NCBI GenBank assembly: GCA_013239625.1
Contig: MU053340.1
Coordinates: 1-45,757 of the forward strand
DNA length: 45,757 bases
Direction of reading: 5' to 3'
DNA from: Lama guanicoe
Taxonomy: Eukaryota
Positions 10,924-30,040 of the stretch are shown piece after piece. Position 1 is the stretch's first letter. Each line of letters starts with the position of its first letter. The position numbers and the translations under genes are program-made. The notes under the pieces are model-generated. The model was not told the DNA's origin. It was given only the letters and a program-made list of their open reading frames with translations, and ran no database searches.

Positions 10924-11694
10924 CCTCGATGGAGAGGAGGCACAGTGGAGGGCGTGCAGTGGCAGACCGGCAGGTCCTAGGGTCTCCCAGACTGCCTGCT
11001 GGTTTGCTCCGAGGGCCTGAGGAATCTGGAGAGAGTAGCCAAATGTCCTCGCTCACTCACTGCTCCCCACCTGGCTGTTTCTAGTCTTTCCCCTCATTTA
11101 TTATGTTATAAATACTCTTTTATTGCGGAAAATCATATACGTTTATAAAAGGAGAAAGAATAGTGTCATGAACCTCCGTGTACCCATTGTCCAGCTTTAG
11201 GAGTTAAAAACCAAGGCCAATCTCCTTTCATCTGTAGGTCTCCACTTTCCTTTAGCTGTTCTCACCCTTGTGATGGGCACCCAGCTTGGGGCAGCATTTG
11301 GGTACAGGGCTGGGGAGTGAGGTGGGCAAAGGAGATGAATGAGAACTCTCCTTCACTAGTATTTGTTAGTTTGTATTTGCATATGTGATTTCAGAGAATG
11401 GGCTAAGACAATGGACACTGATCACTCCCAACCGCACACCCCATGTGACACGTGACTCTCCCTAAGGGGATGCCCTGCCTGGTGCAGTTCGCTGGGAGCC
11501 GGTTGGTTATAGGTCCTATTCTTTTTTTTCCATTCAGAGGTGCATATCATAAAGCAATCAAGAATGATCTAGTTGTAGAAACAACCCTCACTTTCACTCT
11601 CTGTGTGTGTCAGTCAGACTAATTCATTTAAAGTGTACAATTCGGTCATTTTCACAGAACTGTGCAACTAGCACCTCAGTCAATTTTAGAACAT

Positions 11695-11698
<4 letters not shown>

Positions 11699-11735
<37 letters not shown>
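11699..11735 (+). repeat. (TG)n microsatellite, about 18 units
   Basis: Uninterrupted tgtgtg... run. Confidence 0.95.
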
Positions 11736-11737
<2 letters not shown>

Positions 11738-14351
11738 CTTTCCCCTTAAACTATATCCTTAGGGTTCCTCCACCCACCAGCTTCATGAGTCAGGACAAGA
11801 TGCTGCCCTGATGCCCTGTTTCCTCAGGGATGTTTCATCCTGTTTTCTAAGACTCGCTCATAGCAGCCTGTGCTTGTGACCATTCTTTTGCTTCTCTTTC
11901 CCACCCTAGAGTTGCCAGATTGAGCAAATAAAATTACAGGATGCCCAGTTACATTAGAATTTCAGACAAACAACAAATACTTTTTTAGTGTAAGCACGTC
12001 CCATGCAACCATATTCTGCCCTGACTCAGTAGGTTCCTTCAGAGACAGGTGTCACTGAGCCTCAGAAAGCAGGGAGCCCCATCTCTGCTCCTGAAGCCCC
12101 CTCTTGGGGTTCCCTTGGGGAAGACAGTGGTTCTGGCAGGTGCGCACCCACCTTCTCTCTCCAAGCTTACCTCTCTCCTATCCTTCTCTGACCCCAGGTC
12201 CCACCTCCTCTTCCTCAGGAGCTACCCTTTAGCACCCCTTGCTCACCACTCTCCAGTGTCTAAAAAAATGGCAGGAGTTCTGGGCCACCCCCACCTTCTA
12301 GAACCCCAGTTGTGTGACATCATCACTCTTCTAGAAATATTCTGGTCTTAACCATGCAAATTGGCTCAGTTTTGAGGTCTGTCCTACCTTCAGGCAGAAG
12401 TAGCAGATGGACCTGGAAGGATTGGTGACACTGTGATGCAGACCACTGGGTGGGACAGGGTAGAGAGCGCTGGCTGCTCTGTCTGCCTCTCTCCTGCCTT
12501 CTGGGAACAGGACTATCTGTGAGGGAACTCCTTCCCCCATGGGGTTTTAGTGGGGCTGTCAGTCGCAGGGCCCTGCCATCCATGTGACAGGGTATGCCCA
12601 GGCCACAACCAGTATGTCTTGACTTGAAATTAAGCAGAGCAGCTCAGCTTCTTACAGGAAGCCTTGGGTGTAGGGCCAGAGGCCGACAGTTTGGAATCCT
12701 GTGCATCCAGCCCATCTGAGGGACTAAGCCTCCTTGAAGAGGGAGCAGTGTCCAGATAGAATTTCAGTCCCAGGGTCCACTCTTTCTACAACCTAAACAC
12801 GCTCTGGTCCTTACTGCAACCTTGCGATTCAGTAAAGGTCCCTTCTTGTGTAAACATATTTGAGTTGGGTTTCTGTCACTTGAAACCAAAGAGACCTGCC
12901 TAATAGAGTCAGCATGGGGCTAACCATCCTTGGAGTGGTGACCTGACAACCTGCTAGCTCTCCATGAAGGCCACACATGCTAGTATCATAAGTCACCAAG
13001 GAAGTCTGGGAGATACTTCCATCAACTGCAGCAAAGAGGAGGCAAGAGAAAGTTTTGTTACTGATCCTCACCCCACCCTTGGAGACAGGTTGCTAGGGTC
13101 TGACAGGAAGCAGGAAGAGCTTTCTAAGTGGGCAGTGCTGCCCTGTACCCTCCATCTCTGGACTTCCCTCCCCAGCAGGACAGCAACACATTACATCTTG
13201 GGATGTGAAGCCAGCAGGACTTGGGTGGAGGCAGAACCCCGGGAAGAGGGCATTCTCGGGGTACCACTTTATGAGGTACTGCTTGTGACCAGAAATCTAC
13301 AGGTGCTTCAGCTGACCCAAATAACCTCGTCTGTGCAGAATTAGAGCCACGGGCGGAAGGAGAGGTTTCCATAGCCCAGGTCCACATGCTGGAAATTGGC
13401 CCAAGGGAGGATCTCCCTGCAGCCTAAAGTCTTAGAGGGGATGATGGCAGCACTCAGAGGGGGACCAGAGGGACCCTCAACTCTCCACCCACCCAACTGT
13501 GACAGACATGAGCCCTGGATGGGTTCTTACCCAGTCAAGGAACCGGAAAGCCCAACCTGGGGCCCATTAATAAATTCTGGATGTCATAGCCTAGGGCAAG
13601 AGGACATGAAGGCCACAGATCATCTGTCTATATAAACATTTACAAGTTATAAATCAAACTAACAAGCTGTCAACTGAAGGTTATGTTTGTAGTAGAAGGT
13701 TCTAAAGCCTTGTTGCCTCAAAAGCATTGCTGAACACTTTCTTCCATAAAATCATAGTCTGGCTCCTGAGAGAGGCCCCAGTGGGACTGGGAAGTGCCAA
13801 CGCCTGCCGCTGGCCCTGAGAACTTGGGGAAGAGAAGACTGCTTATGTTCCTGCTCAGCAAAGTGCAATGGAAGATCCTAGATTGTGCTGTGTAAATAAG
13901 ATAAGAGGAATGCAAATGTGCCTTTGAAAACTTAAATATGGACCTTAGTGAATGAGTCTGGATCGTTGATAGGCTAGATAGTGGTCTAAAATCCCATGGT
14001 GGTCCAGTCCAAACACACCATTCACATAACTCAGAAAGAAGCACGCCAGCCCTGTGAGAAATGAATCTTTCCACTGAGCTAAAAATCTGCCTGTTTCCAC
14101 CTCTCTGCTCAATCGCAGGCCCCATGCATCATCCACACAGCACTGTACCCTCCTGCATGGGATGGCCAACTGCTGGCCATGGGAGCCAAACCAAAGTTTC
14201 TGACAAAGAACCAGGTTCATGGAATTGTGTGTATAGGTCAAGCATGTGACTACATCATTGTATGTTCCAGTGTGATCATGGCTGAGCATCTACATGGGAC
14301 TTACCTATTATTGTATTACTTTCCTTCAGTTTCTCTTTTATATGATAGTAG

Positions 14352-14877
14352 TGCTACCAAGTCCTAACTCATTCTGCTCATGGCACGACAGGACTATAAA
14401 TTGGGAGATGAGGTGTTGGGGCAAGGAATAAAGGCTTTATTTGGAAAGCTGGCAGACTGAGAGGATGGCCCACTAATGTCTTGGAGAACCACCCTCCCCC
14501 TAGTCAGAATACAGGCTCCTTTTACACACACACACACAAAACAGGTGACAGGGTGTGGTTGGTTGTTGCAAACTTCTTGCTGTAGGAATTCTTTGTTCCT
14601 GCAGCTGTCCAGGTCATGGTGCTCCTGAAAAACCTCCAACAAAACAAAAGCTACCTTCTATTCTGCAACTTCTTATCTTTATATAAGTGCAGAAGTGTTA
14701 ATATCTTAAAGGTCAGAGCCTTGAGAAAAGGCTCTCCTGTTTACCAGGCAGGCTAAAGGCAACATTGTTTTACAAAAGGCTCAGAGCCTGCAAGAGTAAA
14801 CCCAGAAAAAAAGGCACAGTGGTTAAAACCAAAGGAACAGACCCAACATAGAGTCAGATCTGGTCCCCTCTATTACA
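14352..14877 (-). mobile_element. Solo ERV1-class LTR, 526 bp
   Basis: TG...CA termini, TSD GTAG (14348-14351 and 14878-14881); alignable along its length to 37146-37674 in reverse orientation. Confidence 0.88.
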
Positions 14878-14914
14878 GTAGGGCATTATATTAATTTTTA
14901 AATTTACCCTCATT

Positions 14915-15300
14915 CTGAATAGATGAACTGCAGTATATTCATATGATGAAATACTACTCAGCAATAAAAAAGGAATGAACTATTGGTACATAAAACAACA
15001 TGGATAAATTTCAAAATAATTATGCTGAGTGGAAGAAGCCAGAGCAGAAAAAAAGAAGTATACATTTACAGAAATCTCTAGAAAATATGAGCTAACCTAC
15101 AATGACTGGAAGCTGCTCAGTAGTTGCTTGGGGTGAGGAATTAGAAAGGAGCACAAGGAAATTCTGGGGGGTGATGGAAATGTTCACTATCTTGGTTGTG
15201 ATGATAGTTTTTTGGGTATATAACATATTAAAAACTACCAACTTGTACACTATAAATGTGTCATTTATAGTATATCAATACCTCAGTGAAGTCCTTAAAG
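14915..15300 (+). mobile_element. Old L1M 3' fragment
   Basis: 'aaatactactcagcaataaaaaaggaatgaactatt...tatgctgagtggaagaagccaga...gtgatggaaatgttc' typical of L1MB/MC/MD. Confidence 0.7.
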
Positions 15301-16299
15301 ACTTTTAAATTAATATCATTACACAAAATATATTTTACGAAAAGGGAATTATGGGTCTGTCATGGTTGAGAACCCCAGCATCAGGAAAATTCAGAAGCGG
15401 CGAATTGTTTCTCATACATGCCTGTTCTCAGGTCAACTCGCTGTGCGATTTATCCAGTGGCCGCTAGAGGCCAGCAGCGGCCAGCAGTGGTGCATGTACA
15501 GGAAGTTGGGGCTGGGGTGGGCAACAACACTTCTTGAAAGAATTCCCTCCTCAATGCTCGCTAGCCCGGGAAGTGGGCATTAATCACCCCAATTTGCACG
15601 TGGTAGAGCTGGGATTTGTGTTGTGATCTCTTTGGCTCCTGATTCCACTTTGTTGGTCCAAGAGACCTTCCTGCGCTACCTCATGTCCTGTCTCCAGTGG
15701 GTGGGCAGCCACACCACTCATACATCCGCAGGCTCAGGGTGCCCTCTGTTGGCCTTGCACCTGACTGAAACAAGGCAGGGTTCCGTTGAAGCACTGAAAA
15801 GATCATTTTTATAAGGGAGAGGGAAAGGAGAGAAGGTTTAATTAGGGGTAGGGAGGTGATGGTGGAGCACCTGTGAGCTGCTCCAGTGGAGGTCTCCCCG
15901 CCAAAAAAAAACTATCGCTGATGTCTCTTGAGCCCTCCCAGTGCGTGAGGCATGATGTAGCGTGTGCAGTGAATCGTTTCATCATCAGAGCACTCTTGGA
16001 AATTATCTGCAGAGATGTTAAGTAACTCACCCAAGGTCACAGAGCTCGTAGGAGACAGAGCAAGGATTTGAATCCAGATGTGACACCAACGTGGTGGGTT
16101 TGGCTGCCATTCTGTACTGCTCACTTTCACGGACCTGTCTTTCTTGCTCTTCGGAGCTGGGGCATTACTGAGTTCACGTGGTAAATTGGTTGGTGTTGGT
16201 AGCAGGTGGTGGGTATTTTAGTTTAACCTTCTGGAGATAGAGCTTCTGATACGTCAAGAGAATTTTAAGCCCCTGCGATGGCCCAGGAGGGAAGTCCTC

Positions 16300-16720
16300 T
16301 CTCTTGATTTATTGAGATTTATTGAGCATTTACAATGTGGATGGTTCAGTGCTAAGTCTGATACTTCCTTAGTGATGTTATTGGAAGACAGCTGGGCAGA
16401 GGCCAGCAACAAGGAGTCGAGGGGCAGGTGACATAAGGATCCAGTGACATTGTTCATTTGTGCCCATGAGAGTGTGTCAAAGGCAGTAGGACCCCACCTA
16501 CACTGGAATCCTGAGTAGGTGACCAGACCAGGATGTAGGCCAAGGGAGCTCACCAGCAGGCTCCAGGCATCTGGAAAGGCCAAACCATCCTGGTGAACAG
16601 ATAACTCATGCACGTGGTTGGTGGGTGATAAGGTCTTCCAGCAGTTTCTTTCTTGGACATCTATTCTCTTGGGTTTGGACCTGCCCACCTGGGATCATGC
16701 AGCTTGATTCTCCAAGCAAG
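16300..16720 (-). mobile_element. Highly decayed ERVL/MaLR-like internal (pol) remnant
   Basis: Weak resemblance of minus-strand translation to ERVL RNaseH/integrase zinc-finger region (WA..H..., DLA...C..C); inference only. Confidence 0.3.
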
Positions 16721-19700
16721 CTGCCTCGGAGAGGTGGCCTCTTTTGTTCCAGGTTCTGCAGGGCCCAACAGCTCTGGGCTTCTGCCCATCCTGCTGCTTT
16801 TATGATCTTATGGGTGGATGGTAGGGGAGACACAGGCACCAAATAAAGGTTCCAGGGCTGCACAGGTGAGGACAAAGCAGGAGACCAGACTCAGGCCCTT
16901 GCAGACCCATTGGGCCTGCCTGCTTCATTTCATAGGTACGGAAACTGAGGGCTGGGGAGGGGAAAGGACTCAATCAAGGCCACACACGGGGTGCACAAAT
17001 GGCCGAGCTGGGGGCAGGACTCCCACCGCAGTCCCTGTCCCCATCCTCCCCAGCCTTATTTCATACTAGCTCCTTGCTGCTGGGTAGTTCCTTGTACTTC
17101 GTCCATTGCTCTTCACTCTTCTTTCTTAAAACAATAATTCTTTAATATCATTACATATTCAGTCGATCAGTGTCCAAATTTCCAGATGTTTTTATGTCAA
17201 AAGGCATTTCTTAACAGTTGGAGTAAATCAAGACCCAGATAAGATGCGCTCAGTTGTGATGGGCTGACGTCTCTTCAATCTCTTTTTAATCCACAGGTTT
17301 CTCTTTCATCTTTCTCTGTTTCCTTGCAATTTATTATTGAAGAAAGCAGATCATACATCCTATTGATTGTCCACAGTCTGGGCTTTGATGTTTACAAACC
17401 CATGAGGTAGTTCTCTGTCTTTTGTAATTCCTATAAATTGACATTTGAGTCTAGAAGCTTGATTAGATTAAAATCATAATAGGTGTATCCTTCCATCTAA
17501 GGGACATGTCTAGTTGGCTTCCTTCTTGTGAAATTAGCAGCAGTTGCTGCCCAATGCCTGGACTCAGTCATTCCTGGGGCGAGGGGGGGTGGGTGTGGTG
17601 AAACATGGTGATAATTCTATCTTTCCTTCTTCATTTATTAGCTGGATTTTTCCTGTAAAGAGAAACTTCTCCTCATCTACTGTCGGTTACCCGTGGTATT
17701 ATCTCATGATTCTGTGAGGATTCGGGGTAGGGACATGTGATTATCTCCATCTCTGTATGAGCACACTGCACTGGAGAACTGTCCAGCTGAGCCCCAGTCA
17801 ACCCACAGAATCATAATAAATAATTAGATGGGTTGTTTTAAGGCCCTAAATCAGGCCCATGGGTGGCAAACCCAGGCCTAAGGGCTCCTTGGCCCTTATC
17901 TCCCTCTGTAGGTGGAAAGACCCACCCAGAATCTTAAACATCATCCAGCTTAGCCTCGTCCTGTTCCAACGGGGAAGCTGAGGGCCAGAGAGGAGTAGTG
18001 ATTCATACAGACTTGCACACGTGACCAAGGTCATGGGCATATGCTTAAAGGAAACCCCTGAAATTCCCTGGGACCAGTTCCAGAGCCTCAGGCAGCTGTG
18101 TCTGCCGTTCTCACTGTACAGCCGTGCTTGTACCTGCTGTACTAGCTCCGTCCCCCCACCATGTCTAACTGTTGTGTCCTCAGTGCCCAAGATAGATGCT
18201 TGACGAATGTCAGCTGATGAATGTATGCATGAAGGTACCATGGTTTTTATGTCTCAGGAACTCCTCATGGACCTGTCCCCTGGAGAACGTACTGTAGGCA
18301 TCGGTCCTGCTGCAGATGTCCAGAGAGTGGCCAGCCCTTCAGGCACAGGGCAGGTGCCAAGGGTAAGAGGATGAGTGGGAAGAGAGAAGTATTAGGGCTC
18401 ACTCTCAGAAATGGATGGGAGCAGTGGGCTGTTCTCCACTCTGGCAAGAGGCAAGCCCTGCCACACATGATCCTGCAAGCAGCTGGGATGGAGCACACCA
18501 GCACGCATCAGGGTCCAGCCACAGAGATGGGGTGGAGGCAGAACTCCAGTCTGCAGGAGGAGCAGGGTGGGACCCTCATCTTTATACTGGACAGGTGACC
18601 AATGCAGGAACTCAGGCCAAGGATCAAGTCAGAAGCCCTGTTAGTGTTAGTTAGGGTTAAGTTCGGTTGAGAAGAATGGAAGACCTTAAATATCATTGTC
18701 TCAGACAGGGTAGAAGCTCATGTTAAGAAACCCCGAAGAAAGGAGTCAGTCCACCACCAGCAGCATGCTCCACAGTGTAAAGGAAATAACAGATGACTCA
18801 GGCGCCCCTGTCTTATTGCTCTTCTATTTTCAGTCATGACTTTGATCCCTGGCACAAAATGGCTGCTGGAACTCAGCCTTTCCATGCCATATTCCAGGTA
18901 GCAAGAACAAGTAGGGGAAGAAGAAGAGCATGCTCCTTTTTCAGGGCAATTCCCAGAATTGTGCAGAAAGATCACTTACATTCAATTGGCCAGAACTGAG
19001 TCACATAATTAGACCAAGCTGCAAATGACAATGGGAAATACAATCTTCGTTTCATACATCCATGGGTCCAGCTAAAAATCAAAGTCTGTCAGTGAAGATC
19101 AGAAGACATGTGTCCAGTGACTCAAATTATGATACAAGACAGAAGTCAGCAGGGGACTCACAGCTTAGGCCCAGGTGCTGGGCTGTAGCTGTTTCCGTCC
19201 CTGCTGCCCTAGGTCCCAGGGTGTGGGCAGGATGGCGTTATGTGAGTCCCGTTGTGGGGAGGGAGGAGGTGTAGAGCCAATAGGGCCTGGCTGTCTGTGA
19301 ATACCTGCTGCTGCGGCAACAGTGGGCCCTTCCTAGCTCAGCATAGCATCAGCCCTGGACGAGGTGTTGGCCTGTTGTTGAGGACAGGCACAGACTCAAA
19401 GGCCAACAATTGCTCAGTACTGTAAAAATTGTCTTCAGGATTATGAGTCGGGGGCCACGACTGCCTTTTCCCAGAAGACAGTGATGTGGCTGAGGACAGC
19501 TGCCTTTTTTTTCTTAAAATTTAAAAAATTTACTGTAAAGTAACGTGCACGTAGAAAAGTACACAAATCATAAACGTATAGCTCGATGATTTTCAAACAC
19601 AAAAAGAACACACCCAAGTCCCCAGCACCCAGGCCGGGAAGGAGGACATCATCACAACCGCAAAAGGCCCCGTGTGTCCCCTTCCAGCTGCTACCCACTG

Positions 19701-20982
19701 GCCCTCCTCCCAACTCCACCCTTTCCATCCTACACCCTCCAATGTCCATGCCCACTCCCAGCATTTAAAAAATCTTCCTAGGTGATCCCACAGTTAATGT
19801 TGAGAATCATTGCTTTTATAACAACGGTTATCTAACTTTGCTGCACGGATCCACCGTGATAGAAGAGGGAACAGGAGAGACACCTAGAAGGCAGTGTGGT
19901 ACAGTGGAGAAAATTAGGGGCCAGACAAGCCTGCCAGTCATCGGCTGTGTGACCTTGACTGAGTCCCTTCACCTTTCTGAGCCTCACCTGTGAACTGGGA
20001 ATATCATCACATGCCTGGCAGAGTTAAGGCAGAGCGATAGAGGGTGTAAGCCCTGGCATATGAAGGGTCGATAAATGGCAGCTACAATTGTCACTTTTAT
20101 TAAAGGGGAGCAGCCCCAGGAAGACTGGAAAGCCCTTCTTTCATCATGCAGACGGGCCCCAACCTGAGGATGGTGAGCACAGGCTATGCTGATAGAGGGT
20201 CAACAGACTGTGCTGATGAGAAACCAGGGCCTTTCTAGGGAGCACAGGAACATTCCACGGCAGCAGAGATTCCAAGCCAAGGCCAGTGAGAGGTGGCTGC
20301 CGGCTGGCACAGCTTCAGCAGCACCGGGGACCAGCAACTGGGGATGAACTTGGGCAAGCCCAGTTTTGGCAAAGCCAATCCCTCTCCTGCAGCCAGAAGA
20401 GCAAGATGCTGGCTACAGACTCTGACTCTGAGAGCTGCTTATAGGGAACAAGTGCCTACTTTGTGCCAGAGGCTGCACATTCATGCCTTTAATCCCGTAA
20501 GGTGGGCCAACCCATCCCATCTAACCCTTGAGGAGCCTGAGGCTTAGAGGCAGCAGCATATGCCTGACTCATAGAGCCCTGGTGTCACCAAGAGGCTGGG
20601 GCCTGCCTCCCCACTGGTCTGCAGTGCCAGCACCCCTCCAGGTGTGCTGTGTACACAAGTGACCTGCAGACTCCTTATTCGATTAGATGCTCATTCCTGT
20701 ATGTTTTCCCAAAATGAAAAGTGTGTGACTTCTTAAGCTGATGACTTTCTTTTCTGGTACAATTGTTACAAGATAGACTGTTCACTTTAGAACACACAGA
20801 AAATGCAGACAATCAAAAGAAAAGTATCAGTATCTCTCCTAGCCCCATCCTGCAGAGAGGAGCACCTCGGTGTTTTGGCACCTGTTGTTTGTGTATGTGA
20901 GTGTGTGTGCACGTGTGTGTGGGGGTAAGACGTTTACCAAAAAGGACTCATATAGTACACTCTGTTAGATAATCTGTTTTTC

Positions 20983-21229
20983 TTTTTCTTTTTTGACTGT
21001 TTGTTGCTTTTTTAAATTTCTAACTTTTCTTACAAAAATTTGGATGGTTACCAATACAGTCTTATTTTGGTTTTGTTTTTAATGCTTTTTTGTCAGTATT
21101 TTTCTTTTGATTTAAAGTCTCAAACAGCAGGCACTAAACAGCAGTCCCTCGCTGCTGGTTAAGGTCAGTCCCCAAGGTGCTATTCAGGGCTCAGCGACAG
21201 GACAGGGCACCGTGGCCCTGGGTCAGAGG
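20983..21229 (-). mobile_element. Short retrocopy of an mRNA-3'UTR-like sequence
   Basis: TSD TAGATAATCTG(T/C)TTTTC at 20966-20982 and 21230-21246; T-rich tail at the left end. Confidence 0.7.
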
Positions 21230-21257
21230 TAGATAATCTGCTTTTCTTCACTTAACA

Positions 21258-21450
21258 ATAGTTGACCCTTGAACAAAACAGGTTTGAACTGTGCAAGTCC
21301 ATATATATACGATTTTTTTTTTCAGTATAAGGCAGGTTCCACATTCACAGATATGGAGGGTGACTATTGGGACTTAAGCATCTGGGGATTTTTGGTATCT
21401 GCGGCGGGACCTGGAACCAATTCTCTGTGGCTACCAAGGGATGACTGTAT
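21258..21450. mobile_element. Tigger/MER2-like DNA transposon remnant
   Basis: Terminal 'agttgacccttgaacaa' ... 'gggatgactgta', with TA-like ends. Confidence 0.55.
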
Positions 21451-21769
21451 ATAGTGGCTGTATTTCTATGTCATTGAGAAATCTTCTACAGCAGTGGCTC
21501 TGAGTTAGAACTCTCCAGGAAAGCTTAACAAATATTTGTGTCTGAGTTTCACTCCCAGGCAGGCTTAATTGGCTTGGGATGGGGTTAGTCTATGGGACTT
21601 TTAAGACTCCCCAGGTGGTTCCAATGTGTAGCCAAGCTGGACAGCCCCTGTACCACAGCATCGTTTTCCCATAGTGGCCTTGCATTCTCTTTGCTGAAGG
21701 GATACACTGTAATTTGACCAATCCCCTATTCTTGGACACTAAGTTTGGTTCCAATTTTCACCATTATAA

Positions 21770-21960
21770 ATCAGGAGTTAGCAATTTTTTTTCTGTAAAG
21801 GGCCAAATTATGTTTGTTTTAGCCTTTATGGACTATAAGGTCTCTAACCCTGCCATTGTAGCACAAAAGCAATCATAGCCAGTACATACATGAATGGGCA
21901 CGGCTGTTTTCCAATAAAACTTTACTTACAAAAACAGATGGTGGCCAAATTTAGCCAGTG
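21770..21960. mobile_element. MER58-like hAT DNA transposon remnant
   Basis: 'ttctgtaaagggcca...ctgccattgtagcacaaaagcaatcatag...ccaataaaactttacttacaaaaacag'. Confidence 0.6.
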
Positions 21961-22430
21961 TGCTATAAGCAGCGCTGTAGTTATGTAGTTAAGTCTCCCT
22001 GAAACTTAAACCTTCTCATCTGAAATGATCATTTTCTTGGCACAGTGACTTTCATACAAAACATATAGAAATGTTCATTGTATTTGTCATGCTGTACATT
22101 ACATCTTTAGTACTTACTTGTTTTGTAATTGGAAGTTTGTACCTTTTCACCACCTTCATCCAACTGACTGGGTCAGTTAGGAGGAGGTCAGGGCCATGTC
22201 TCTGCACCTCCCCCACAGGCCCTGTCCTCTGTGGACACCCACTCCCCACCCTTCCTCCATGGTGATGCCCCAGTGGGGCCTCAGGGAGGCAGGAAGCCAA
22301 GACCCAGGGACACAGGGTCTGGAGCTGACCAGCCATGGAGACAGCCTGCTTGGTTCCCCGTCTCCCTGATGTTTGGGTCTAAGGGCCACCCACACAGAAA
22401 GACCATGTCCCGAAGGCTTTAGTTTTGTCT

Positions 22431-22436
22431 TTTATT
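22431..22436 (-). terminator. FKBP10 polyadenylation signal AATAAA
   Basis: TTTATT on the plus strand about 660 nt past the stop, at the end of a pyrimidine-rich (sense) 3' UTR. Confidence 0.75.
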
Positions 22437-23097
22437 TGGCACAAAAGAGAAAGGGGTCTCATGCCAGTTTAATCTTTTGAGTGTGCAGAGCTCTGCCCAC
22501 CCCCTCTCACCCTCAGCCCCCAATAAGCCCCTCTTCTCTTTGTCCCTCGGGGGGAAGGAACAGGTGGAGGAGGAATGTGACAGGGGAAGGGACCAGGACA
22601 GGTGAGGTAGGGCTGCCATCCTGAAACCACCCCCTTCCCTAGGAACCAGCCAGAGCCAAGGGAGGAGAGCGTGCTCCTGGGGAGCTGACAGAGTACTGGG
22701 GGCTGGAGGCAGGGGGTGGGTGGAGATGGTGGGGGAAAGTACAGACAAAGGGGGAGTTTGGGGAAATTAAGAAATGATGAGCTTGGCCCTGCTCAGTGTC
22801 TGCTGCCATGGAGTGAAGGTCTGGGTGAGGGGCCGGTGATGATCCCAGCCAACCCGCAGACGCCAGTCATCCCCAGATTGACCTTGTAATTGCAAAACTT
22901 TTAAGGAAGGGGTTTGGGGTTGAAAGAGAAAAATCAAATAGAGGTCTGTGCTGTGATTTTACTCTCAGGCAGTGGGAAGACCAGAGCTGTACCCTCTGGC
23001 CACTTTTTAGAGGCTTCCAGACCTCATCCCAGCAGGGGAGAGGGTGACTGTCCCCACAGACATGCGCCTTTGCCTTGGGGCCCAGGCCTCTGGCCTT

Positions 23098-30040
<6,943 letters not shown>

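Noticed and set aside
22050..22165. Abrupt end of an L1 fragment near 22165 as the exact rearrangement breakpoint
   Set aside because: Equally explained by ordinary 5' truncation of a minus-strand L1; the breakpoint cannot be fixed without alignment.
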